Of a stretch of DNA of 64,000 nucleotides, positions 50,350-62,860 are shown piece by piece. Numbering within the stretch: the stretch's first letter is position 1; every line of letters begins with the position of its first letter. The notes under the pieces are model-generated. The model was not told where the DNA came from. It searched no databases and was given only the letters and a program-made list of their open reading frames with translations. The stretch comes from Obrimoposthia wandeli (Eukaryota), in assembly GCA_977020255.1 (NCBI GenBank), contig CDROCS010000001.1, positions 434,001 through 498,000 of the forward strand. The letters are read 5' to 3'. The position numbers were made by a program, and so were the translations under genes.

Positions 50350-51032
50350 ATGAAGGAATTGGAGACCATCAGCATTTTCGATAGGATGTCGAATGTGGAT
50401 GAGTGGATTATTGAGATCAAATTGAAGGCCGATCTGCTTGGACTGGAGAAGAAATTAAGTTCAATTATTCCGCTGAGAATGAAAGGTGAAGCCTTAATGA
50501 TGTTTACGAATTTAGAAGAAGACAAAAAGAAGGATGCAGAATCAATTATGAAGCGATTAAGAGATACCTATGGGATGGGTCAGCTCGAAGCGTTCAAGCG
50601 ATTCAGTCAAAGGAAGTGGCACCTCGGAGAATCAGTCGATCGGTTCGCGTCGGAATTGAAAAGTTTAGCATCAAAGATTGGTAGGGGAGATAACATTGTA
50701 AAACTAGCGCTAGTCGCTGGCCTGCCTTCAGACACTTCAGAAGCTCTGGAAATTTCGATGAAGTGTGGAAACTGTTCCTTAGAGCAAGTTATAGCTGAAA
50801 TCCGGACTAGGATGACAAAACAAATTGGAATTGAAGGTATCTTCCAAGTTGGAGCTGTCGCAGTTCATCATAGAAAAAGAATAATTAATTCAGGAATCAA
50901 ATGCTTCCGATGTGGAGATGAAGGCCATGTTCTAGAAACTGCTATGTGGAAGAAAAACGCAGATGCTACATATGTTATATAGTTGGTCACTTGGCGCCAT
51001 TATGTCTCAAACGAGAATCAAAAAACCACTAA
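50350..51032 (+). pseudogene. gag with two CCHC knuckles (frameshift at ~50930)
   Basis: CFRCGDEGHV/RNC and CYICYIVGHLAPLC, ending at TAA 51030-51032. Confidence 0.85.
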
Positions 51033-53960
51033 GGGAGTCCGTATGTGCCAGCAGCTCTCCCAATGATAAGGCGTATATTCCAACTGTCATCATCAATGTT
51101 GGAACTAAAGCTTTGAAAGCAATGGCTGATACTGGATGTTCGAGATCTATTCTTTCGGATGCGTTGACAGTCAAAGAATTAATCTCAAATTTTGATCATC
51201 ACATTAATTAATGAACGGAAAAAGTGTAAATTCGAGGAAGTGCATGGAATGTGAAGTTAATTTAAATGGACGTAAAATTCGACTAAATTGCATCGTTTCT
51301 CGTATAGTACCTGGCTATGACATGTTGTTGGGAATGGATGCTGTCAATATACTTGGTGGAATTTGGGTAAGTGGTGATGGAAAGAATGTTAAGTTTGGCC
51401 AATTCACTGATGTATGTGTGGTATCAGATTCATCAAATCCGGTTGGAGTTCATTATCATGTGAATGTGCTTCCGGTCAAACGGTTCTCTTTAGAACCAAC
51501 AATTGATTGTGCGATGGAAGAAATAGTTGGATGTGGTTCCACAGTGAATAGTACATTCAAGTCAAAGGATGAAACTTGTGTACATGAAAGAGGAATGAAG
51601 AATCCCATTCAGGGAGAAGTCGGGGATGTCGTGGATAAGGATTTTCATGCAAAGTTCGAGAATGGAAGATGGATCGCGAGATGGCAATGGAAAGAAGGAA
51701 TCGTGAAGCCAGCTCTACAGAACCAGGTGAGTCAATATCGGGTAAAGAACGAGATACTAGATCAATTTGAAGAAGAGATTGAAGAATGGATAGAACAAGG
51801 TTGGCTGAGAAAGTATGATGGTGAGCACACTGGTATAATACCTCTCGGCCGTTCTACAGCAAAACAAAGGAAAGGTTCGTCCTGTGATGGATTACCGAGA
51901 GCTTAACGATTATGTTTCAAGCCATACAGCTCAAAGGGAAGTATGCGGCGAAAAGCTGAGAGAATGGAGGAGATTGGGAGACAACTTGAGCATTGTGGAT
52001 TTAAGGAAGGCTTATCTACAAATCCATATTGACCCAACTTTGTGGAAGTATCAGGTTGTAGTTTACAAAGGAGTTAAATACTGTTTAACGCGTCTTGGTT
52101 TTGAACTCAACGTAGCTCCAAAGATTATGTCAGCAATCGTAAGGAAGGTTTTGTCAATGGATCAGACGGTGGAAAGTGAAACAGATTCTTACGTAGATGA
52201 TATAGTTGTTAATAAAGAGGTAGTATCTACTGAAGAGGTTATCAATATGTTATTAAAGTACGGTTTAGAATTGAAGCAGCCAGAAAAGCTGAATGGTGGT
52301 AGAGTGCTGGGACTGCGAATTCATCAAAACCAAAATGTGATGGTATGGAAGCGTGACAATATACTGGCTAAAGTGAATGACAATTTAACGCGAAGGCAAA
52401 TGTTTTCTCATTGCGGTCAGATGATTGGACACTTTCCCAAAGCTGGATGGTTGAGACCGGCGTGTAGTTATTTGAAAAGATTGACAAACGGTATTAATTG
52501 GGAAGACAACGTCGAGAGTAAAATCGTTGAAAAGCTGAAAGAAATTGAGGAACGTGTTTCGGAAAACGATCCTGTGCGAGGAGTCTAGAAAGTGACTGAT
52601 ACGATTGAAGGAACAGTATGGTGTGATGCTAGCAGTCTCGCAATGGGAATCGTAGTGGAAATTGATGGTTCGGTAGTTGAAGACTTCAGTTGGTTGCGGA
52701 AGGAAGATGAGTCCTCTCATATCAATTTGGCAAAGTTAGAAGCAGTTGTCAAAGGACTTAATTGTGCGATCAAATGGAGGCTGTCGCGAATTCTTGTTTA
52801 TACAGATTCGTCTACGGTCCGTGGCTGGGTAAAGTCAATTACATCTGGAGACAAACGAGTAAAACGCATAGTCTTGGATCGGCATTATCGCATAGGCGAC
52901 TGAATCTATTGAAAACCATAATAGAAGAATGCAGACTAACTGTTAATATCAGGCTAGTAAAGTCAGCAGGAAACAAAGCTGATGAGCTTACCAGAGTGCC
53001 CCAAAAATGGCTCAATCGTGCAAGCGTGGGATGCAGTAGCGTAATCGGCAATGAAGGAGAAATATTGGCAGTACACAACCTGAATAATCTAAAGTGTCAG
53101 TATCCTGAACTCAATGTGAAACGAGAAGAAGTAGCAGCTGTCGTAGAACGCTGTTTTAAATGCAAAAGTATAGATCCAGCACCAATTCGCTGGGAACATG
53201 GTGAGTTATCAGTTGATGCGAATTGGAGTCGATTGGCCTGTGATGTAACCCATTATTTAGGGAAGTGTTACTTATCCATTATCGATTGTGGACCAAGCCG
53301 ATTCACAATATGAAAGTTGCTCAATGATGAGACACAGTATTCAGTGACTACCGCCATGACTGATGTCTTCAGAGAACGTGAGTTGTTGATGGATAATAGC
53401 CCAACCTTTAAGTCACGGCAATTTCACAATGCTTGTAGATCATGGAAGGTCAAGTGTGTGTTTCGATGTGCTTATCGACCATCAGGAAATGGGATAGTGG
53501 AACGTGTTCACATAACCATCAAACGAATGGCTACCAGAAGTGATGCAGATGTCCGTGACATAAGTTTTTGGTATAATGCTTCTCCGAAATGTAGTAACAA
53601 GGACCATTCTGTTCCCGTACGAGAACTGTTCACATACGAATGGCGACATCCAAACGTTGAACCAAAGTTGTCGACATTTCAAAACATTACAGGTTACAAC
53701 ATGGATCAGGCTGTATTTGTCAAACCTCCCAATGCGCGTTGCACATTAGTTTGGCCTAAGGGAGTAATTACTGGTTTGAGTGGAGCAACGCAGGTAGAAA
53801 TCGACGGAGTTCCTCGACACGTGGCCGACGTCAGACCGATTCCAATACCACTACCAGAACGGCCAGAGACAATTGCGGATGTATGAGAAGAAGAAGTCGC
53901 TTCCGATGATGCCAGAGAATGCCCATACGGCGACCGGCATATTTAGATGACTATGTGTGA
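51020..53960 (+). pseudogene. pol (PR, RT, RNase H, IN), several frameshifts and stops
   Basis: ADTGC (PR); DYRELN, DLRKAYLQ, YVDD (RT); WCDAS..HINLAKL (RH); CFKC, ACDVT, MDN, GIVER (IN). Confidence 0.93.
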
Positions 53961-54630
53961 TCTAGAGATCAAGGGGGATTGTTGTTGGATGTTTGTTTTA
54001 ATATTCGACAATCCGTAAAACGGCAGAATTTGAATATATCGTTCTCCACGCCATCTTGGATTTAACTACAGTATTTATTCCTGTATATACATTTGATTCA
54101 CTGTAAATTAACTGAAAACTTAACTGTCATATAACTAAATCTATAATGTGACATATATAATTGATAACAATCTCGAGTGATCTTGTACAGAGAAAGAAAA
54201 TACATGATATCTCAATATTCTAGCTATTCACCTTTAATATTTATACTATTACATATATATAACTAAATAGATAAATTTAACAACTACACACAACTGTCAA
54301 CCCAACAAAAAGCCCGAAGTTAGAGAATCGATTATCACCAGCAATTAACCGATCTATTACTGCTATCCGCCAATTCCCACAGTGCAAGAACTCAAGGAGC
54401 GGGTAAATAATATAAATAGGAATCAAAATTGATTCCCCAATCACACACAGAAATTTTGAGCTATACTTCTGAGACCACGGATCTGAGACCACGAAATCCG
54501 AGCAATACTTATGAGACCACATAAATCCGAGCCTCCAAGTCTGAGTTAAACTATTGGCGAGGAGTGTGCAGTGTCGAGTTTTGTGTCGTTGGAGACGTGT
54601 AGAGTTTGGACGTATTTCGTTTTATATTAA

Positions 54631-55560
54631 CCCATTATAACCCAGGTTCACAATTTTTTGAATTTTTAAATGATTTTTCCAACAATATAGTTTAAAAGGC
54701 GAGGAAACATTTTGTACTAGTCAGAATTAATTTACCTCAAAAAATAACTGAGATATGGGGTGATCTTATATGAGATCACTGAGATAATAAGGTACTAAAT
54801 GTATAGTTAATTCAAATAAAAACACCAATTTTTAAAAATGTATTGACGAGCTATTACATTCTGTGGTACGGTAAAAACAATCGACACACAAGGTGATATT
54901 GCATTTTGAGCAATATTTTCTTGGTTGTGAAGAACAGGGCTTGTTTTGACATCTTTTTTGATGATCCCGTTTTCTTATAATGTGACCTTTGGAGTCGAAT
55001 CGAATACTTGGTTCATTTTTTGATGGTCCGGGTACTGATTTTTTTCGACCAAGCTGACATCTAGGACTTGCCAATTTTAAATATGACATGGTAACAGCTC
55101 TTCTAAAAGACAACAAATCAATAGATTCTTTTGGATTATCATGTACAAATTTGTAAATTATTCATGAATTTACCACTGCCATATAAATAATACGAGTAAA
55201 AAGAGGCCAATACCACTTGAGTATTTATTTACTAACCAATCATGTTAGTCAACACCTCCCATGTAAGCATTATAGTTTTTCAATGTATTTGGTTGAGAAA
55301 CATACCATCTTATCTTTATGTTTTTTGCCAACGTTGTACTTTTCCTAATGGCTCTAGTGTGTCGTAATTAGTCCAAACAATTACCTATTTGTTATCAAGC
55401 CATTTAACAATTAGAACTTCCTCATTCGAGTCAAATCTATAGTCGTATGACCCCCTTTTCTGTTTTTCATTTATTTTGATTAGATCAACGGACAATTATT
55501 TAATCTATTTTCACGCATTGTCCCAGTTAATATGGGATAATAAAAACGTATTATTGAAAA
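54631..55560 (-). mobile_element. piggyBac 3' half remnant with right TIR
   Basis: TTAA-CCCATT terminus at 54627-54636. YMGGVD, KWYWPLF and Cys-rich tail RFD..GH..RC..C..C.KC..LC..CF. Confidence 0.88.
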
Positions 55561-58500
55561 TGTATCAAATTTAAACGTGTATTGAATTTTGTATTAGTAA
55601 AAACTTATTATTGAAAACATATTGAATTTTGTATTAGTAAAAACTTATTATTTAAAACGTATCGAATTTAAACTTAGCTAAGTTTGTATTATTGACTGTA
55701 TTATTGAAAACCTATAACATAATTGTCAAAAGAGTTTGATTGTCAGATAAATTAAGTAAGAAGACACATAACGTATTTGTCGAAGAAAATAACGTAATAT
55801 AGTCGAATAAGGGTCATCCCATTTTTCGGTGTGTTAGAAATAATCCCATTGTTGTTAGACGTCTTACTCATTAATTGTTAGACCATTTTAGTTGTGTTAT
55901 CGTAATAAAGTATTTCCTACCAACCGACTAGTCAATTTTCAGTCACCAACCGTATCGACGTGAACACCCTAACACATAGGTTGGCCGAGAGACAACCACG
56001 TGACGATACTCTACGCGCTGGGATATTTGAGGATTGTTGTGTCTCAGTAATAACGGAGGAGTATCGTTAGCGTCTCTGGCTCATTTCTATATATTCTGTC
56101 TAACTTTAACGTCTAATGTTTGAGTCCACATAACACCACATTAGTTTTGGATCCCCCATCAGTTATTTTGTTAACACAACTCCTTGAACACACCACAATA
56201 CAATAGTACAAAAAACCTTCAGATCTGAGACTAGAATTAAATATGACAAACTTAGATAGGCTACATCTATCCGTAAGCCCTATCCTTACAGATCTCACGT
56301 TGATGGTCTCCATACGAGAATCTTATCGAAGAGTTTCAATTAGAAATTAATTAATTAGAAAATTGATTAAGAAATTTTCATATAACAAATCGAATAATAA
56401 AATATTTAAAATGTATGCTCTAAATATTTATAACAATTTATCAATGGATATAAGAAACTGTAACAATGTTGAAAAATTCTAGAAACAGCTAATGACTTCA
56501 CCATTCAAGAATATATTACAATAACTAATATGTACCCTGAAAAACAGGAACGCTGATGAATAATAATTTTAAAATGTATTAAATATTGCTAAATGTAATA
56601 TATTTTTTTATAAATATGTTAGATTAAGGAAAAATAAATGATAGCAATTGTTTATACAAAAAAAATTACCTTTGAAAAATACAAGGTCGAAATTAAAATA
56701 AAATAAATGAGTTTTAAATTAAAAAGAGTATATATCGAATAAATTGAAATCTTGAAGTTATCAAAAGATTATGTAGTTATATAGCATGAAAATGTGAAAA
56801 GAAGGTACGACGAGAAAATCAAATCACAAAAGTAAACGGAGAAAACGAAAATCTCGAAAATAACCAAGAATCCTTCAACTTGTTAGTCAAATTGGACTAC
56901 ACAGAGCCACACAGGGATCACATGGATCAATACAGACCGACATTGACGTTACGGAATTGTGAAAGCAAAGTGGAGGCGGATCAAGCGAATATGGACTGCT
57001 GATATGGAGCAGATAATAATCGGTGAGAACTAAGTGTTCAATAAGTTATTGTTAAAGTCTCCGTACATATTAATTTAAGTATTGTAAAAGTTTCAAGCAT
57101 ATAATTGCAAGTTGTTGTAAAAGTTCCGAATGAATATAAATTCGAGTTATTGTAAAAGTGGCCGAAATAGTGCGACCTACGTAGTTAAAGTAATAGCGAT
57201 AAAGTAATAGCGAATTATCAAAGCACCAATAAGTTAGAGCTGTAAGAGTGAATAATAGTGGATAGTGTCAACCTACTGTTGTGCAACATTGTAGTTGTTT
57301 TATAAGATTTCACCCTTGATTTCAAATTAAATACAACATTGCAACCTAACCAGACAAATACCATTTTGAAATAATCCCTCTTGCAGAAATTGTTAAGCCC
57401 ACAAATCTATAGACTAGTCAAGAGCTAAACGGTGCTTCAAGCCCCGGTGTATTCAGTGGATTGTTAAGCCCTGGTATATTGGAGGAGCATCGTTAGTGTT
57501 GCTTGGCTTCGGCTCTGTTTAACATATGTCGGTCTAGGTTTTAAGTAAACATATTGTTTGGATAGATTTCATACCAGACTAACCGGCTAAATACTGCAAC
57601 CCTAAACTAACTATCCTGTACACAACTCTTTGCACATATCATCAAAAACATCAAAAAACATCTGAAAACTTTCAGATTTTAAGACTAGAATTCAGTAAAA
57701 TAAAGAAAAGGTAGGCTACATCACTACTGAACTCACATTGGGGCCTCCGGAAAATTATCTAGTTTAATAAAAAACTCAACAAATAAATCTTATATAAAAC
57801 TGCTTTTACCTTTAAAAAAACGTTTCAGAAACATTAAACTTAAGTATGTAACAAAATCTTGCAAAGAGATTTCTGAAAGCATGTAAACATGAAATTGGGA
57901 TATAAATTTTAATTCAAAAAAGTTACAATATTGTTAAGTTACCGTGTTTACTCCAATAAATCCCATTATTACATTTCATATGTTTACATATAACTTGGGT
58001 TTTATTAAAACCCGGGTTGGATACCTATAAATATAATATTTTCAAAGTGTTATAAAAGCATATACAGTGTTGGTAATGATTCAGAATTCAATATATTTAA
58101 TAATATTGAGATTCTCTGTTTTGAAAATATTGCACAAATTAACAACAAACTATTTCAAAATGAAAATTACGCAAAATATAACACTGTCTGTGCAAAGGAA
58201 CTACTGTCAATTTTGTAACCCTAAACTTGCACATATAGTGATTTGGAAACAGCAGTATCAGTAACACCTTTATACTATAAATGTTTTAAAAACAATATAT
58301 TCACTTAAATCAAGTTGATATTTAATCATTTTCACATTATTGCATACAAATATAAAAATAAATTCAAATGTAGAGTATATTCTAATCATCAGAATTTAAA
58401 AAAATAAGTACATAAACGATACAAAATAAATAAATATATAAAAAGTAAGTGTTATATATAAAAATATTCGGTGTTGCTTTATCTGAATCTCTGAATTCCG

Positions 58501-59214
58501 AATTCATATTCGACATATTAATAGGCCGTATTTTTGGGGTTGTATTGTTCATTTACTTTTTTTATAATTACACAAAATTTCAATAATAATTGTTTATAAA
58601 TTATCATATAAAATTAATGTTTCAAAACATTTTTAGAAACTTAAAATTTAAAGAATTAAAAACTCAGATGTGCAGTCGATCATCATTCTTAAGTTCAAAC
58701 TCAGAACTTCAGGCTGATATCAATGTCAATAATTTGTATTTATACATATAAATTTATTGAAAAATTATAAACTTTAAATTTAAAGCATTAAAAACTTAGA
58801 TGTGCAGTCGATCATCATTCTTAAGTTCAAACTCAGAACTTCAGGCTGATATCAATGTCAATAATTTGTATTTAAACATATACATTTTTTGAAAAAATTT
58901 ATTTTCTGAAATTTTAGTTTTATAGCAATTACAATGAAGAATAAATTACCTATAATTTATTTTAAAATTATTTTTTTGTTATAGAATATAATTCACATTA
59001 TTGTCACTGGTAAGGTATTTGAAATGTTCACTTGTTAGAATTTTTCTTTTTAAATATTAAATCTTGTTGCACTTATGTATTTATATGTTTAATATCAAAG
59101 ATTATATCAAATAGTATAATTTATTGTTCTATTCTATTTATTATATCCATCTTTTTAAAATTCGGTGTTGCTATATTTGTTTAAATAATTGGATTTTAAC
59201 GAACAAATTTTTAA

Positions 59215-60991
59215 ATGATGAAAACTTGGGACAAACATGTAGCAGAATCTGTGGAAAATCTAAGATGGGATCTTGTTGAAGAAAGATTGATGAAAAATTT
59301 CAAAATGAATCCAAATAATCTTTTGTTGACTAAAGAGAAAAAAAAACTTCGTGATGAAGAAATGCAAAATAAACCATTGGATGCAAATGCTTTTGACTTA
59401 TCAGACATATATATTGCCGAAGCACCCAGTTCTTTACGCGAAAAGAAGCGCATAAATCGTGAGATAAAACGCTCCAATCTTCAGAAGTGGGGTGATATGC
59501 CACTACAAGAAGTAACAGATGATATCAAAGCATTCCATACGCGCTCAGCATGGTGTAAAAAGACACCATTCCGAAAGGAAAATCCTCTTAAACCATTTGA
59601 GTACTTCCAGGTGGATTTTTAACTTTTAATATTGAATTAATAAAAACATTTTAGAGAGGCTCAATTCAAAATTCTAAGTTTAATCCTACCGATAACATAT
59701 CCAAGAAGGACAGAAAAGGTGATATTGTCGATCATCTGTTGAAGAGTTCACAGATCATAACGTGAGTTTATTTTATTTAGTTTGGTATATCTTTGATTTA
59801 ACATTTACTAGCATCCTTACGATTTATATATGGGTACTTTTCATTATTAAAATAGAGAATGTAAAAATGTGTTTTGTACATTTGACTCATCTCAAGGATG
59901 ATTTCAATTAAGTCAAATGTGATTAATATTATAATAATATATTTTAAATGGATTATGTGTTTTACTTATCATACAACGGATAATACAAAATACATAAATG
60001 TTTTTGTTGCCGAAGTTTGATTAAAATAAATATAGACTAGCTTCATTATCACTATATACGATATATCTATCCTAAAGATTAATAATTATCAGAAAGTAAA
60101 AAAAACATAAAATCATTTTAAGTTCACAAAACGAAGCATAATTTCTCGATGCATACTTTAATTGTTCTTGTATTAATATGATTGTATTATTCTGATATAC
60201 TCAAATTTTATATTGAAAACAATTTTCGGTATTTATCAGAAATATCCAATGCAAATAGTTGTAATATCATTTTAATTCTTTAATAAAACTGAATCATAAA
60301 TACAATTTATAATAGGAAGTTTTCAAGAACATAGCTTTATTGGTAACGATTTGTAAATCTTTTTAATTTATTCACTTTGCTCTCAAAATCTAGAAAAATC
60401 TCTAATTAATTATAAATAAAATGGTATTCGTTGTAACCTGTACCTGGGAATGATTATCCAACAAAATACTAACGTAACTTGCTAAACTCAAATTGATTTT
60501 TTTTTATAATTTTTTTTTTTTTAAATTTATAATTTACTCAAAACAAGAATTACAGATAAATATATATCGGCTTATAACAGACTTTTACCTCTTTTTTCAC
60601 AACAAATGTTTTGTATGAACAAATTTTTTTCCAAATAAGCTATTTTTGGCATCTACGATTTTCATATTTTGGTTAAGGCGCAAGGTCACACTTCATTTTT
60701 TTGACAAATATTTAATGTTTTTTTGTAGTTGGACAATTTTATGTTAGGTTTCGTTCGTAGTTTTTGTTTGAAAAAAAATTCATTGTTATTAGATTACTTA
60801 TCAAAAAAATTTTCTTAATTATATTTCAATTTAGAAAAGAGAAGAACTTCATCAAACGAAGAAAGGAACATGAGAAGTTGAAGAAAGCACAAATTCAGAT
60901 GACCAAAAAACTCCGCAATAACAAAAAATCAATGTCGAAGATTTTAAGAAATGAAAAAGGCAGTAAAAAGACTCTGAGAAATATGAAATAA
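59215..60991 (+). CDS. DNTTIP2: FCF2/DNTTIP2-like rRNA-processing protein; exons 59215-59610, 59655-59761, 60835-60991 (~219 aa)
   Basis: KWGDMPLQEVTDDIK..EYFQ|RGSIQNS..ISKKDRKGDIVDHLL matches the Fcf2 domain pattern (KW..P..E.T..PKYFQ.GTI..RI.KK.RK.TIV.ELL). GT-AG introns of 44 and 1073 nt keep the frame (phases 0 and 2). Confidence 0.72.
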
Positions 60992-61589
60992 ATTTTTACA
61001 TTACAAAACTTAATATATGATTAAAATCGTTTACCTTGGAGTTTCTGTAACATTTAATTTATAGTATGTTCTATCAATTTCGTATTCATTTAAATTAATG
61101 TAAATACATTGAAGCAATTATTAAGACAAAACAATTTTATAATATGTAGTAAATTATTACAAAAAAAGTATAGTGGCATAATATAAATAAGTACATTTTC
61201 TTTATATATACTATAAATATGGTCTATTTGAGAATTTGGTTTCAGTTTAATTAATAAATTAATCTGAGTTGCTCACAGTCGGGTAGAGAAAATCAAACTT
61301 AATTGATCGTTTTCAAACTTAATTTTCCCTGTTGGGAGCTTTTCATTCAATCGGTGGATGTTGCAAACGTTCGCGAAGTCATAATTTGACATTGATATAA
61401 GTGAGGATACGAAAAGCTTTGTATACTCCAAGTTTTCATTCAGTTTCAGGCAAAAAAATCTCCTAAGACAGATATACTAATGGAGTCACAAAATACACCG
61501 ATGACCGGCAAGTGAGGAAACAACTCTGGAGAATTGCAGGACTGTCTAAACATAACCTTTAAAAAATAGATCTTTGTTATTTTTAAATT

Positions 61590-62860
61590 TAAAAACCCTT
61601 AATAACAAGTGGTATATATATATATATCACCCAAAATTTAAGGCTCCTATTGGAACTTTTTATGATCATAAAGATTCGATATTTCAAATATCAAGGTTGA
61701 GTATAATCCAAGTCTTCAAAATGGCGAATGCAGTCATGGAGGATTACAACAAAATTTAGACTTGAACTAATCTCCTTAGTAAGTAAACGAATCCCGGAAT
61801 GCAGATACTTTTGGAGTTTCCTGGCCCAAGACGTAAATGAAAAAATTCATTCAAGCAACAGACATAAATGAGTGGGTAGGGTATACTGAGGCTCACAAGG
61901 AGTTACAGATTGTGATAATGATGAAATAGTAATTTGCATTAAGAAATGTAATGTTAATACCGTACTCGCGACGATAACAAAGGAATCAGGGCCAATCTCC
62001 ACAACCAGATCACAATTGCTCGGAATGAGCCTATAAATCAATGATAAGCCAGGATCTGTGATTTATGAAAATGTTACATCTGATACGGACATTAACAGGT
62101 TTATCCTAAATGGTAAACTCACTCATAAAACATTATACTTTATACACAAAGCCCAAAAAGAGCACTTGGGCGTAAAAGCCCTATATAGTAAGCGTGGAGT
62201 TAACTGTTGTCGATATGAGTGTAAAAGAGACAACAAACCATCACCAGAGACTGTATCCTATGCTCTAGTACAGCGGTTCCCAACCTTTCTGGTGCGGTGA
62301 CCCTTTGATTTTTTTCGTTTTTGTCTAACTTGGTAGAAGATGGGTTAATTGACTATTATAATTAGAGAATAGTGATATTACCGCGAGCATACAACACAAG
62401 GACATTCGGTATCATAAAACAACTTTTTAAAAGGCCTTGCTGCCTAAGGTGACTCCAGACAATGTGTCAGGCGACCCCAGTTGGGGTCGCGACCCACAAG
62501 TTGGGAACCGCTGCTCTAGTAGGATGTTAAAGAATACATAAATGGAAAGTAGAGAGGCACGATATGGGTGTTTGAGAAGTATATGCAATACTTAAACTTG
62601 TCCTAAATAACGGAGAAACTATTCCCATGAAGGAAAAATACTACGGTAATAGACAGAAGTGTCAATGTTTAGACCAGATATAACTGTAAAAGGTAGAACC
62701 TGCACCCTCTATGTGGAAATTAAAGTTCACTTTGACAGTATTATGAGTTAAAATAGTAGTTATAGCAAAGCAATGAACAAATATCAGTATCTAGTCGAGA
62801 CTACTCAAAAAGAAAATAGAGACTATATCAACTTTTCCAGACTTACAAATATTCAGCTGC
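61590..62860 (+). mobile_element. R2/NeSL-like (RLE) non-LTR retrotransposon 3' part, decayed
   Basis: CRYEC...ETVSYALV[MITE]GC...ERHD, then FRPDITV..LYVEIKV..KAMNKYQYL (CCHC remnant plus PD-(D/E)xK REL domain). Confidence 0.75.
62271..62513. mobile_element. hAT (Charlie-type) MITE, 243 bp
   Basis: TIRs cagcggttcccaac / gttgggaaccgctg with an 8-bp TSD CTCTAGTA on both sides. Confidence 0.93.

Larger units (their letters stand above)
50304..54070 (+). mobile_element. Ty3/Gypsy LTR retrotransposon, short LTRs (3' LTR 53980-54070, 91 bp; 5' LTR reduced to 33 bp)
   Basis: 50304-50336 is identical to 54038-54070. PPT aaggggga lies at 53971-53978. Domain order is gag-PR-RT-RH-IN. Confidence 0.95.
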
